64,000 nucleotides of DNA from an uncultured Methanomicrobiales archaeon (lineage in GTDB: Archaea; Halobacteriota; Methanomicrobia; Methanomicrobiales; Methanospirillaceae): the NCBI GenBank assembly GCA_963697895.1, contig OY969100.1:1568001-1632000 (forward strand), read 5' to 3'. Made by a program: the position numbers and the translations under genes. Below the pieces are notes generated by a model. It searched no databases and was not told where the DNA came from. It worked only from the letters and a program-made list of their open reading frames with translations. This document shows, piece after piece, positions 18,266-28,645 of this stretch; position 1 is the stretch's first letter, and every line of letters starts with the position of its first letter.

Positions 18266-21091
18266 TCAGGGGGAGATCCTTCCAATCTTTCCATGAACTT
18301 TTTCATACGCCCGAACCGCAACAGGGGACCCGAGGAGTAACCGCCTGATCGTATTGTAGACAACCGGGGTCCGGGAGGAGTCCAGTTCATTCAGGATACT
18401 GACGAGAATATGAACGACCGGCTCATGGTAGATTTCTTCCATAAGATCGATCGCCCCGAATGCGTGAAGTGCCTGTACCGTATTGTACTCATTTACGGGT
18501 GCCAGTTTTCGTAGCGTTTCAAGCAGGAATTGTCGACCTTCCGGTGATTGCAGCGATTTCTTCCGATTGAGGGCGAACCGCACAAAGAGGGCCCGTTGAT
18601 CATTCGCCTGCTCGATTCGGAACCCAACCGACCGTTCCGCCTGCCTCACGATATCAATGGCGTCTGATCCACCGGCTCGGGCACAGGCAGAGAGGAATAT
18701 CTCCCACCGTACTGGATTATTTTTTGCATCTTCTTCGAACCGTTCGAACACTTTCATTTTGTCTGGAGCACGGGTGTCAAGGTATAAGCTGAACGCTACA
18801 GCACGATCCGTTGCATTTCCTGATTTTTCAATCTGTGAACGGATAAGGGTATGAACATCGGGAGTGTCGAGTCTGGAGAGAAGCCCGATACAGAGATTTT
18901 TTGTCTGTCGGGCCTTGATGGCACCGATTCTGTCTCCTTTCTGCTCAGCGCGGTCTGTCATTGTTCTGTATAATTCGTGGAGTCGGCGTATATCATTTTC
19001 ATATTTCACCACAACAGCATGGAGAAATCGTTCCCTGGCAACAAATAAGGCTTGATACCGATGGGCGTACCGCTGATCCTGGACCGAATCAAACACAGTA
19101 AGGAACTGCCCGCCTGCCCTGGCCATCAGTGTTCCGTCAGAGAGGAGCCCGAAGTACAGATCAATGGTCTCATCCGAGGGTTGCGCCTTCGGATTCAAAA
19201 GCAGGCGCATCTTTTCATGGTCCATAATGGTGAAAAATGCGATAAATCGGGCGATTATATTTTTATCCCTCCCGGCCTGCAGAAATAATGACCTGTCATC
19301 TGCATCCGTTACAACAAGGCCATAAAAGGTGTATCCACGATTGAGGGAAATAAAAGCCGGTTTTTTGGGAGATTCGATGAGAATCGTTTCTTTCGTGTTT
19401 TTGATGGTTGCGATCTGCTCAAAGGTATCTTCTCCCGACTCGTCTACCAGTGCAATTTCGATCGGGAATGTCCAGGGCTTTCCTGCTCCAAAACCCGACT
19501 GGTTAAGCGTGAGAGTAAGGGTTCCTGCCTGTTCGTCAAAAGAAGAATTTACCTGAAGTGTCGGAAATCCCGTCTGCTTAAGCCACGTCTGAGCCATATC
19601 CCCAAATGCCTGCCCAGATACTTCTTCCATGGCCTGTATCCATTCCGCACGGGAGGCGTTGCGATGCCGGTACTTCTGATAATAGAGAGCCAGCCCTCTC
19701 ATAAATTGCGGTTGTCCCATGAGGATAGCAATCATCCGGACGAACTCGGGGCCCTTGACATAGGTGATATCGGTGATTAGATCATTTGGGTCGTCAAATC
19801 CATCCGGCTCGACGGGCATGGATGCTGCTCCGGAATCGAGTGATAAAGTGCCTTCAGGCGCGAGGATTGACAAAACAGTCTGCAGGCGGGTATACTCCTC
19901 ACCAAAAAGAAACCCGTGGTACATCTTTTCGATATACACCGTTACCGCTTCATTCAGCCAGAGTTCGAACGGCGATCTCCCTGTCACCTCGGAGCCATTC
20001 AAATTGTGATAGAATTCATGGACTTTTACGGTAATCATATATTCATAGGCTGAATCGGTCATATCGGGGAATGGAATTATCCGGTTGGTGGAGATGGTCG
20101 TATTTCCGACATTCTCCATACCTCCAAAGTTTGAGTTCTGCATACCGATCTCCCGATATACCGATCCTGTGTATTGATATCCGGGTACAACCGTCTTCGA
20201 GAGTTGGCGTAACTGTTCCCGGATTTTTTCCATGGCTTCGGGACTTCCCCCACCCGCCCTTAAGCGATCCCGTTCCCGAGTGAGATTCAGGATCTCATAA
20301 CGGATCGGCACCTGCTCGTATGCATCACCTCCGGTAAAGAGGTGAACCCACATAACGGCATCGTAGAGGATATCCAGCGCTTCTGCGGCGATCCGGGAAT
20401 CGGTGCCGGGCGGAACCAGGAGCTCGAGAGTGACGGGGGATCCGTCCGGGTATTCGAATGCCCGCTCAAAGGTCGCGTATGTACCGCAGCCGAGGAAGAA
20501 CAGATACGGTGCCATGGGGGTAACCGAATTATCATACTTGATGCGAACCTTTCCATTCCCGGACGATAATACCGGCTCCACCACGTCCCCATTACTGATC
20601 AGGTTTGTGTAGCGCCCGTCCGCGATCATAGTGGTGGAATATGTGCATTTTGCGGTCATATCATCGATACAGGGGACGATCCGCTGGAATCCCCACTGCT
20701 GGCACTGGGTAATCTGCTGGGGAGGTGCTCCCGGCGGCGTCTCGTCATAATAGAGACCTTCCAGTATATTCCGTGTCGGCCTGCAAACGGAGTCGGTGAT
20801 AAGAGTAAACCGCGTCTTCGGAGGGACAGGATTCTCGAAACTGATGGTAAGAAGGCTCTTTCCAGCGTCATATGCATATTGAACGCTCTGCTCTTTACAG
20901 TTCACTGATGTGATCTCCAGGTCTTTGGCGTTGAGAATGACTTCATTGAGGGGGTCTTCGCGGGATTCGGCAATAAAGTCTGAATGAACCCGTGTGTGAT
21001 CATCGTAGACATCAAATGTCAGGTCCATATGAAGAACCGTTATAGGGAGTTTTCCGAAGTCCTCTGGGTAGTAGCGGAATAGGCGTTGCAT
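18266..21091 (-). CDS. pepN: M1-family aminopeptidase N
   Basis: GGMEN and HEFYH-x18-E zinc motifs, YVKG. Start could be 21091 or 21121. Confidence 0.92.
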   Translation of the reverse strand: MQRLFRYYPEDFGKLPITVLHMDLTFDVYDDHTRVHSDFIAESREDPLNEVILNAKDLEITSVNCKEQSVQYAYDAGKSLLTISFENPVPPKTRFTLITDSVCRPTRNILEGLYYDETPPGAPPQQITQCQQWGFQRIVPCIDDMTAKCTYSTTMIADGRYTNLISNGDVVEPVLSSGNGKVRIKYDNSVTPMAPYLFFLGCGTYATFERAFEYPDGSPVTLELLVPPGTDSRIAAEALDILYDAVMWVHLFTGGDAYEQVPIRYEILNLTRERDRLRAGGGSPEAMEKIREQLRQLSKTVVPGYQYTGSVYREIGMQNSNFGGMENVGNTTISTNRIIPFPDMTDSAYEYMITVKVHEFYHNLNGSEVTGRSPFELWLNEAVTVYIEKMYHGFLFGEEYTRLQTVLSILAPEGTLSLDSGAASMPVEPDGFDDPNDLITDITYVKGPEFVRMIAILMGQPQFMRGLALYYQKYRHRNASRAEWIQAMEEVSGQAFGDMAQTWLKQTGFPTLQVNSSFDEQAGTLTLTLNQSGFGAGKPWTFPIEIALVDESGEDTFEQIATIKNTKETILIESPKKPAFISLNRGYTFYGLVVTDADDRSLFLQAGRDKNIIARFIAFFTIMDHEKMRLLLNPKAQPSDETIDLYFGLLSDGTLMARAGGQFLTVFDSVQDQRYAHRYQALFVARERFLHAVVVKYENDIRRLHELYRTMTDRAEQKGDRIGAIKARQTKNLCIGLLSRLDTPDVHTLIRSQIEKSGNATDRAVAFSLYLDTRAPDKMKVFERFEEDAKNNPVRWEIFLSACARAGGSDAIDIVRQAERSVGFRIEQANDQRALFVRFALNRKKSLQSPEGRQFLLETLRKLAPVNEYNTVQALHAFGAIDLMEEIYHEPVVHILVSILNELDSSRTPVVYNTIRRLLLGSPVAVRAYEKVHGKIGRISP

Positions 21092-21374
21092 GGCAATAAC
21101 CTGCTTCACGGATACAACCATAAAAGGTTATAAGTATTTCCCCGAATTGCAGAATCTGATCTTTCTGTTTTCCCGAATAACATCGGCCGGTGAGAAAGCA
21201 GGGGATAGGAGAAAAAGATTTAAAAAATTCTTTGAACTAACTAGCAGAACATATCAAACATTTTTATTGCATACGTTTCATTACGAGGTCTTTAAATTCC
21301 ATATAGGGCGACCTCGATTCCTTCTGATTTTACGTTCTGAAACAATAATTTCATAATTATTCTCTATGACCGCA

Positions 21375-21650
21375 TTATACCATATCATCGAAGAGCGGTG
21401 AAGAATTCCCGGCGATATGTGCTTTCCGTGCTTCATATATCCACCATTTCATGATCTGGAAATGCCCTTCGCAGAGGAAATTTTTTCCCTCTGGATCTTC
21501 CCATACGATAGGTTCAGTGCAACCGCGGAAAATGCAGGTACCACTTTTCATTCCCTGTATTCTGCGGTAGTGATCGATATCAGGGACGAACGAGATTACC
21601 GTATAGTGCCTGATCAGATTTTTGAGGTGCAGCATGGGATCGGTGTTCAT
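21375..21650 (-). CDS. Small putative Zn-binding hypothetical protein
   Basis: 91 aa with C-x4-C...C-x2-H. Confidence 0.5.
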   Translation of the reverse strand: MNTDPMLHLKNLIRHYTVISFVPDIDHYRRIQGMKSGTCIFRGCTEPIVWEDPEGKNFLCEGHFQIMKWWIYEARKAHIAGNSSPLFDDMV

Positions 21651-22027
21651 GGAGAGAAAATCCTCCTCAATCCGACATGGCCCGATGCAGGATAATGCTT
21701 TCGTTCATCGAATATGTCCGGGATTGGTTTCCGGATCAGGTATGCATTGCACTCGATCGGATGGGGATAACTGCTAATAACCTGATTACCCGGTACTTAT
21801 CCCGAAACGTTCTTTATCCGCTAAATTTTCCCTCCCCTCCATTTGCGAAAAAAGTGATCGGCAAATCGATGTCAGATATTTCACTGGAATTTTATATCTC
21901 TATAGTGAATTTAAAAATCCAGGATTCATTTCGTTCTTAAAAATAACCTGTATAGGCGTTTAATGCTCAATCTTTCATTGTCAATATTCTTATAGGAAAA
22001 GCACGAAGGGAATTTCAGGAGGGAGAG

Positions 22028-23476
22028 ATGCCGGCTTCTGTATTGACATATTTTCTATATTTTATCCTGTTCATCAACGTCATACTTGCTATCATCATCG
22101 TTTTCTTTGAAAGGAGAAATCCGACAGCAGCTCTTGCATGGGTCGTCATCCTCCTCTTCTTCTCCGTTGCTGGATTCTTTCTATATCTTGTGTTCGGCCA
22201 GAATTTCTATAAAAAACGCCTCTTCCGGTTGAAAGAGCAGGATGACCGCCATTTGCACGCCCTGATCAGCGAACAGAAAAAAGAACTTCTCTCCGCAAAA
22301 GAAACCTTCGCCGATCCCCGTTTCGCACGGTACCGTGAAATGATCTATATGTTGCTCAACAGTAATCAGGCCTACCTGACGAGAGATAACCGGGTCGATA
22401 TCTATACCAGCGGGAATGATAAATTCAGGGCACTTCTGGAAGCGATTGAAGGAGCACAGGATCATATCCACATGGAATATTATATCCTTCGCACGGATGA
22501 GATGGGGGGTAAAGTAATCGATGCCCTCACTAAAAAAGCACGGGATGGTGTGGAGGTCCGTTGGCTATATGATGCGCTCGGGTGTGCAAAGGTACCGAAA
22601 ATCTTCTACCGGGAGCTTCTTGCAGCCGGTGGAAAAATAGCCCCGTTCTTTCCCTCCCTTATCCCTTTAATCAACCTCAGGTTCAACTATCGCAATCACC
22701 GGAAGATTGTTGTTATTGATGGGAAGACCGGTTTCATTGGTGGCTTCAATATCGGGGATGAATATCTCGGGAAAGGTCCACTCGGCTACTGGCGGGACAG
22801 TCACCTGAAGATTCAGGGGACCGCAGTCTCCGCCCTGCAGGTGAGATTCATTCTGGACTGGAACTTCGCCGCAAATGATGACGTGAAATTGTCCTCCCGA
22901 TTCTTTCCGGATCACGAGGGGCCGGGTGACACGGCAATCCAGGTGGTATCAGGCGGTCCTGATGTGCGTTGGAGCCCGATCAAGGAGTCTTATCTGAAAC
23001 TGATTACCAATGCGGAAGAATCGATATATCTTCAGTCTCCGTATTTCGTCCCGGATGACAGCGTACTCGACGCCCTCCGGATCGCCGCGCTCTCAGGGGT
23101 CGATGTCCGGATTATGATACCATCCAAACCCGACCATCCCTTCGTCTACTGGAGTAGTTATTCCTTTATCGGAGACCTGCTTGATGCGGGCGTCAAAGCG
23201 TATACATACGATAATGGTTTCATTCATGCAAAGACCGTGGTCGTCGACGGTTTTGCCGGTTCGGTGGGGAGTGCCAACTGGGATGTTCGAAGCTTTAAAT
23301 TAAATTTTGAGGCTAACGCCATCATGTATGATACGAAAATGGCTGGAAAACTCCGGGATATATTCTTGCAGGATCTTGATGTATCGACTGAGATCACCCC
23401 GGAACGGTATGCAGCCCGGTCGAACTGGATCAAAGTGAAGGAATCCATTTCGCGCCTTATGTCCCCTATTCTATAA
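22028..23476 (+). CDS. cls: Cardiolipin synthase (PLD type)
   Basis: Two N-terminal TMs and two HKD motifs (HRKIVVID, HAKTVVVD). Confidence 0.93.
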   Translation: MPASVLTYFLYFILFINVILAIIIVFFERRNPTAALAWVVILLFFSVAGFFLYLVFGQNFYKKRLFRLKEQDDRHLHALISEQKKELLSAKETFADPRFARYREMIYMLLNSNQAYLTRDNRVDIYTSGNDKFRALLEAIEGAQDHIHMEYYILRTDEMGGKVIDALTKKARDGVEVRWLYDALGCAKVPKIFYRELLAAGGKIAPFFPSLIPLINLRFNYRNHRKIVVIDGKTGFIGGFNIGDEYLGKGPLGYWRDSHLKIQGTAVSALQVRFILDWNFAANDDVKLSSRFFPDHEGPGDTAIQVVSGGPDVRWSPIKESYLKLITNAEESIYLQSPYFVPDDSVLDALRIAALSGVDVRIMIPSKPDHPFVYWSSYSFIGDLLDAGVKAYTYDNGFIHAKTVVVDGFAGSVGSANWDVRSFKLNFEANAIMYDTKMAGKLRDIFLQDLDVSTEITPERYAARSNWIKVKESISRLMSPIL

Positions 23477-23611
23477 GGAACCCTTATTTCGCATATTCCA
23501 GGATGTTTCGTTCGGCAATGATAAATTCCGGTGACGAATGAGGGGATAGGCTAGAATGAATTTGGTTACCGGAAATCTTCTACTGTCCTCAATTAATTTT
23601 TTCCTGCTTTA

Positions 23612-24256
23612 TCAACCCCACTTCCGGAAGACCAGAACTGCAGCCGAAACAAGAGCAATAAGGGTGTAAATTCCCATAAACCCCGGTAAGGACGTCGGCG
23701 TCGTCTGGACAGTTGTTGTCATAGCGGTGCTGGGAGACGGACTAATAATCGTGGTCGGGAGCGTCGTATTAACCGGGATAACGGTTTGTATGACTTTCAG
23801 CGTTGATCCCGGTACAACTGTCCCCTGGTTATTCAATTCCACGATGGTGAGGAATGGACTCTGTTGCGGGGCATTTACCCTCGGGGCAGACCCATTTACC
23901 CGGAAATCGATCGAAACGCTGCTTGTGGAAGGATATGAGAGGAGATACCCGTTGATAAAAAGGTATGGTCCGGGCTGTTCGAATTGTGCTGCCTGGTGCC
24001 CGTTTACGATAACTACTGCAGTCCACATCGCCTGGTCGAGGGGGGTTGACATCTGGATACGATTATCACGGGAAAAAGTTGTTGACCCGGATGGAACAAT
24101 GGTGATCGTTCCAGAGACCTGCGCCGGAGTATCGGAGAAGATCTGTGGGGCGTTGGGGGATACGCTGCTCTCTGTCAGATACAGAGTCGCAGATGCTGCT
24201 GATATCCCGTATAAGAGGAAAATGAGAAAGATCAGAACGGGTCGAAATCTTGACAT
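23612..24256 (-). CDS. Secreted surface protein with PGF-CTERM-like sorting signal
   Basis: Signal peptide, Thr-rich linker, then LPGF + TM helix + basic tail RK. Confidence 0.75.
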   Translation of the reverse strand: MSRFRPVLIFLIFLLYGISAASATLYLTESSVSPNAPQIFSDTPAQVSGTITIVPSGSTTFSRDNRIQMSTPLDQAMWTAVVIVNGHQAAQFEQPGPYLFINGYLLSYPSTSSVSIDFRVNGSAPRVNAPQQSPFLTIVELNNQGTVVPGSTLKVIQTVIPVNTTLPTTIISPSPSTAMTTTVQTTPTSLPGFMGIYTLIALVSAAVLVFRKWG

Positions 24257-24368
24257 ACTCTATCATATCCATATTCTGTAAACGCATTAATAATCATGCT
24301 CCTGACAGGATACGTGCGAAATTCTCTGAATGCTGGACCCATATACCATAATGGGATGGGAAGAACGA

Positions 24369-25508
24369 TCAGACACGATGGGGACGGTCAGACCTCTCCA
24401 GATCCGGGATCGCGTTCTCCGGGTTCAACAGGATCTCGTTGGGCAGACCGTTCACCGCGACAGCGGCAAGGGCACCAATCACCCCTCTCCCTCCATGAAG
24501 ACTGACATCATGGGAATCCGCAACAATTTTTGCCGTCTCCCGGGTGACCAGCGTTTCCCGCGCCAACATCCCATATACCCTGAGACCCCGGGGAATACGA
24601 AATCCTTTCCTGACCGCAATGCCCCACTCCGGGGAGAAGGCCTCATCTTCAATAAATGCCAGGGCTTTCTTCACCACCCGATCGAAAACTTTGGGTTCCA
24701 CTGCAAAATCTATGAAACTGCAGGAATTCCCCGCAGTCTTCTCGGTAACACCCGGGTTCAGCATCACCACGTGGTGATCGATAGGGAAGACTCCTTCCAT
24801 CTTCCCGAGATACTCAAGAAGGGCAAGCGCAAGGGCAAACGTGGCACCTCCTTCTCTGCTGTCTGTATCATCGACCCCCATCACCACATGGGTCAGCGCC
24901 TTTGTCCATATTTCACCTTCGACAATATCTCCTCTCCGGTGCACTTTAACCTCGCAAACCCCTTCTGCATGTGCAATCATATCCGTGAGCGAATATGCCG
25001 GCCCCCCGATACAACGGATATGCTGGATGATGTAGTCTCCGGAATGCTCGATCCCAAACACCCCTACTGCGGAAGAGGGGTACAGACCAATCCTCATCTC
25101 GGTTCGGCCAAGCCTGGCACATTCCCGGAGGAGTTTTCCGTCGCGCTGCACATGTGCAATGACTCCTTGAGCCAGGGTATGATGGTACCCACAGAATGCA
25201 GCACACGCCCCACTCATGCATTCGTGAAAGATCTCAACCTCATCGCCGTCAATGGTCGTGAATATCCGTCTGCATGCACTCGATGGCATAGCGCTGATCG
25301 CGGCATAGCGCGCGGCTTGACGACCCATTTTCCGTTCTTTCTGAACGACACAGCCTTCATCCACCAGGCGATTGATCCAATCCTGCGCTGTGCTCCGCGG
25401 AACCCGTGCACCTTCCTGAATGTCCGTCACGGTAAAAGAGCCCTGATCAAGCGTAAGGCTCCGCATCAGGTGCAGGTAATGCCTCCTCCGTTCAATGACA
25501 CTTCGCAT
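24369..25508 (-). CDS. Winged-HTH fused to a methanogenesis-marker-11/TiaS-like domain
   Basis: N-terminal HTH (FTVTDIQ...PRSTAQDWINRL); C-terminal GVDDTD..GGAT, LNPGVTEKTAGN and GRGVIGALAA. ATG 25508 overlaps the hom end. Confidence 0.75.
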   Translation of the reverse strand: MRSVIERRRHYLHLMRSLTLDQGSFTVTDIQEGARVPRSTAQDWINRLVDEGCVVQKERKMGRQAARYAAISAMPSSACRRIFTTIDGDEVEIFHECMSGACAAFCGYHHTLAQGVIAHVQRDGKLLRECARLGRTEMRIGLYPSSAVGVFGIEHSGDYIIQHIRCIGGPAYSLTDMIAHAEGVCEVKVHRRGDIVEGEIWTKALTHVVMGVDDTDSREGGATFALALALLEYLGKMEGVFPIDHHVVMLNPGVTEKTAGNSCSFIDFAVEPKVFDRVVKKALAFIEDEAFSPEWGIAVRKGFRIPRGLRVYGMLARETLVTRETAKIVADSHDVSLHGGRGVIGALAAVAVNGLPNEILLNPENAIPDLERSDRPHRV

Positions 25509-26478
25509 AACGATCACGGATAAAAAGGAGATCCCCCAGTATTGCGCTCGCAGTCTCCCTGGATCCGGCTCCTTTTCCGATAAGTGTGACCTCTCCGGCC
25601 AGATCCGTTTCGAGCGTGATTGCATTGAGAGAGCCATCGACCACCAGCGGGTGATTCTTTCCGATGATCCGTGGCGAAACCCGGAGAAGACCTTTTTTCG
25701 GGACCATCTCCGCTATCAGTCTGATGGTACAGTCCTGATCCTCCGCAAGCCGTATTGCATCCGTAGTGAGCAGGTCGATGCCCGCAATTTCTACCTTTTC
25801 CAGGCTGGCGTTGTTCCTCCATATCATATTTGCAAGGATTACGAGTTTGATTGCCGCATCGATCCCCTTCACATCGTATGTCGGGTCTGCCTCCGCATAC
25901 CCCATCTCGCGGGCTTCGAGAAGCGCCTGTTCATAGGTGAGCCCTTCTGCAGCCATACGGGTCAGAATGTAATTGCATGTTCCGTTCAGAACCCCATAGA
26001 GCGCCAACACTTCGTTCCCTGCAAGTCCCTGCTGGAGGGTATGCATGACAGGTATTGCTCCGGCGACCGTCGCCTCATAGCGGAGTTCGACGTTATGCAT
26101 GGCCGCAAGTTCACGAAGCTGTTGGAAATCCCTGGCAATGGGACCCTTATTCGATGTTACCACGTGTTTTCCGAGAAGGATTGCTGATCTCATGTAGGTG
26201 AGGGCCGGTTCACCCGTCTCAGCATTCGTCGGTGTCACTTCGACCAGTACCTCATAGTCCCCACGGGTGATCACCTCCATCGCCCCGATCGTTTTATCCC
26301 CGAGGGATCCCCAGCGATTCTTCGCCTCAATTACTTCATCAACATGAACCCCGTCCGGATCGATGATGGCACTCCGGGAATCAGCAACACCGGTGACCAC
26401 AAGATCGAGCTGCTTTTCTTCGATCACATTGAGCAGGCCCTTCCCAACTGATCCAAGCCCGATGATAGCGATCTTCAT
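25492..26478 (-). CDS. hom: Homoserine dehydrogenase
   Basis: GLGSVG, VVTSNKGP, YEATV, NGTCNYIL and GYAEADPTYDVKG motifs. Confidence 0.95.
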   Translation of the reverse strand: MKIAIIGLGSVGKGLLNVIEEKQLDLVVTGVADSRSAIIDPDGVHVDEVIEAKNRWGSLGDKTIGAMEVITRGDYEVLVEVTPTNAETGEPALTYMRSAILLGKHVVTSNKGPIARDFQQLRELAAMHNVELRYEATVAGAIPVMHTLQQGLAGNEVLALYGVLNGTCNYILTRMAAEGLTYEQALLEAREMGYAEADPTYDVKGIDAAIKLVILANMIWRNNASLEKVEIAGIDLLTTDAIRLAEDQDCTIRLIAEMVPKKGLLRVSPRIIGKNHPLVVDGSLNAITLETDLAGEVTLIGKGAGSRETASAILGDLLFIRDRYAKCH

Positions 26479-26978
26479 GAGAGATCCTCCAGGGGTTCTA
26501 CAATGAATAGGTTCTTTTCTCTTGCCACGGTACGAAGGATCTCGAGTGCCTTTTCCATATCCGTTTTATTCACGGATTTTATAACCAGCCGAGCTGATGA
26601 TCGTTCATTAATTCCCGGCATCACCATATTGAGCTCAGTGACCTCTGCATATCCTGTACAGTCGATCCGGTCGACCGTATCGCCAAGATCGGTATGCACA
26701 ATGTGCCCTATCACGATTACAGTCTGTTTGTAAAGGAGACGCTCCTGACCGATACGGAGCACGCTGACCCCCTGTGCCTTCATCAGCCCGACCAGTTCAG
26801 GGAGGCGCGGCTCTGCAAGTTCAAGGACAATCTGCACCGAAATAGTTTTAGTATCCGATTCCGGATCCCGCTGGTGGATTACCGCGATGATATTTCCACC
26901 TACCTCGGATATAGGATTCAGGGCGGCGACCAGTTGCCCCGGAGCATCCCTCATCTCCAGCTTCATCGATACCTGCAC
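26475..26978 (-). CDS. ACT-domain amino-acid-binding protein (probable Hom regulatory subunit)
   Basis: DAPGQL...GGNIIAVIH ACT signature; ATGA-coupled to hom. Confidence 0.85.
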   Translation of the reverse strand: MQVSMKLEMRDAPGQLVAALNPISEVGGNIIAVIHQRDPESDTKTISVQIVLELAEPRLPELVGLMKAQGVSVLRIGQERLLYKQTVIVIGHIVHTDLGDTVDRIDCTGYAEVTELNMVMPGINERSSARLVIKSVNKTDMEKALEILRTVAREKNLFIVEPLEDLS

Positions 26979-27271
26979 TCATCCCACCTGAATAATACTG
27001 GGATGGTCATGGGATATGGTTTTTATGTTATCATTCATTCGTGCCGGATTTCAAAGATTGCCAGTTTATATTGGATTTGTGAGAAAGACCTCTTAACAGA
27101 TCCGGCCGGTTCGTCGCTTGAACTCCGGAATAAGAGGATGGGTCCGTTCCTTTCAGGTAAATGAGAATGATTTTGAAGAAGCCTGTCCGACAACTATGTA
27201 AGGTCTTTCAGCGGGTCGGTTCATGCTCATGCATTGATCGGTTGGGGCCATACTGAATAAAGAGTGATATC

Positions 27272-27937
27272 ATGAGAAATAAGATAGTCATCATAACTGT
27301 GCTCATCCTCGCTGTTCTCCCTGCGGGAGTACTGGCTGCAGAGAGTCCGGTTGCGAACGCCCATGTGGGAAACGGTCCGGCGCAGAATGGGATGATTCCC
27401 GGCCAGTCTGCATCGGTTACCGGACTCCCGGACCGGCTCCAGGATTTCGGGACATATGCACAAGAGTGTAAAAGCGGGAATTGTACATTTGGTGAGTTGC
27501 TGAACTCTTGCAACATTTCCCGGGACCGGGTACCCGATCAATACCGTAATATTACAGCCAACGAGATAAGGAGAATGATTCGGGAACAGATCGGGACGAA
27601 TATTTCCGGATGTTTATCCGGAGATTGCTCGATTGGTGAATTGCGGTTTGCCCGTAATATCTCCAACGGACAGATTCCTGATCGGTTTACGAATATGACG
27701 ATCAGGGAGCTGAAGGACCAGATCCGGGAGAAGATCGGCTTATATCTCCCCACATGTCCTGAATGTGGACAACCCGGCTCGCTTTCGGTTCAGGGAGAGG
27801 CTCGCTACTATGATGGGATGCTCCTTCCCGGCTCCGGATCGGAGATAACCCCGCCAGCATTATCTCCTTCCCGGGATGGAACCAGAAAGCCTAATCAGCC
27901 GGAACCAGGTTCCGATGGCTATCTGCCCTATCTGTAA
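27272..27937 (+). CDS. Secreted hypothetical protein with a tandem 48-aa Cys-containing repeat
   Basis: Signal peptide; two CxSGxC..GEL...NIS...PD...IRE.IG units; CPEC motif. Confidence 0.7.
   Translation: MRNKIVIITVLILAVLPAGVLAAESPVANAHVGNGPAQNGMIPGQSASVTGLPDRLQDFGTYAQECKSGNCTFGELLNSCNISRDRVPDQYRNITANEIRRMIREQIGTNISGCLSGDCSIGELRFARNISNGQIPDRFTNMTIRELKDQIREKIGLYLPTCPECGQPGSLSVQGEARYYDGMLLPGSGSEITPPALSPSRDGTRKPNQPEPGSDGYLPYL
27464..27739 (+). repeat. Degenerate intragenic tandem duplication, 144-nt period
   Basis: Units start at 27464 (ECKSGNC) and 27608 (GCLSGDC). Confidence 0.75.
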
Positions 27938-27955
27938 CGGATCATCAGAACTGTA

Positions 27956-28000
27956 GAAGGAATCCATTTAACGATTCCTTCCATAGCCAATCTTTTTTTT
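27956..28000. terminator. Putative terminator between convergent genes
   Basis: Perfect inverted repeat GAAGGAATC (27956-27964) / GATTCCTTC (27973-27981) followed by a T tract. Confidence 0.5.
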
Positions 28001-28003
28001 CTT

Positions 28004-28645
28004 TTAATCTTCCCCGTGATATCGCTGATCTCTGTTGGCAACCGGGATGGATACCGTTTCCCCCTTTTTCTCCTGCTTAAGGATCTCCTCATGAGGATGG
28101 ATCCGGGCAGCCACCCGGGCATCGGATGTGTAGTGAGAAATAAAATGGCGGAATGAGCGATTTTTCTCCATAGCAACAGGTAAAGAAAACTCGTTCAGGC
28201 ACTCGACCATAAATGCGATCCGTGAGGGATAATGGCGCGGAATCACCCGGTTAAAATGTTCTTTGGTCAGGAAATCCGTGTGCTGCAGGGGACGGATCCC
28301 GAGTGCCCGGGAAGCGTGATCATCGAGACCGGCGAGATACCAGCTCTCTATCTCCTGGATGATGACCATGATGTGGATTTCGTCGATATTACAGAACTTT
28401 GCCATTATCACCTTCTTTTTTGCGCGTGCATTTGGTTCCTGATCGATATCGGCGACCAGGATGAAATCGTCGTGCATGGCCGAGATGCCTTTGATGAACC
28501 TGCAGACTTTGACGCTCTTCATACTGGCATACAGGATCATCTCCACCGAACCGTATTCGGAGATAAAGAGTGGTCTGATTATCCGGGAAAAGAACCGTTC
28601 ATCATCGTTTCCTTCAACAAAAATGAATAAGCGATGGTCTTTCAT
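28004..28645 (-). CDS. TOPRIM-like putative nuclease (DUF4276/DUF4435-like)
   Basis: IFVEGNDD, VADID and EIESWYLAG acidic motifs; coupled to the upstream ATPase. Confidence 0.7.
   Translation of the reverse strand: MKDHRLFIFVEGNDDERFFSRIIRPLFISEYGSVEMILYASMKSVKVCRFIKGISAMHDDFILVADIDQEPNARAKKKVIMAKFCNIDEIHIMVIIQEIESWYLAGLDDHASRALGIRPLQHTDFLTKEHFNRVIPRHYPSRIAFMVECLNEFSLPVAMEKNRSFRHFISHYTSDARVAARIHPHEEILKQEKKGETVSIPVANRDQRYHGED

Noticed and set aside
24330-25523. Long antisense ORFs (e.g. 397 aa at 24330, 293 aa at 47887, 282 aa at 3567)
   Set aside because: They are shadows of well-supported genes on the opposite strand and have no motifs.
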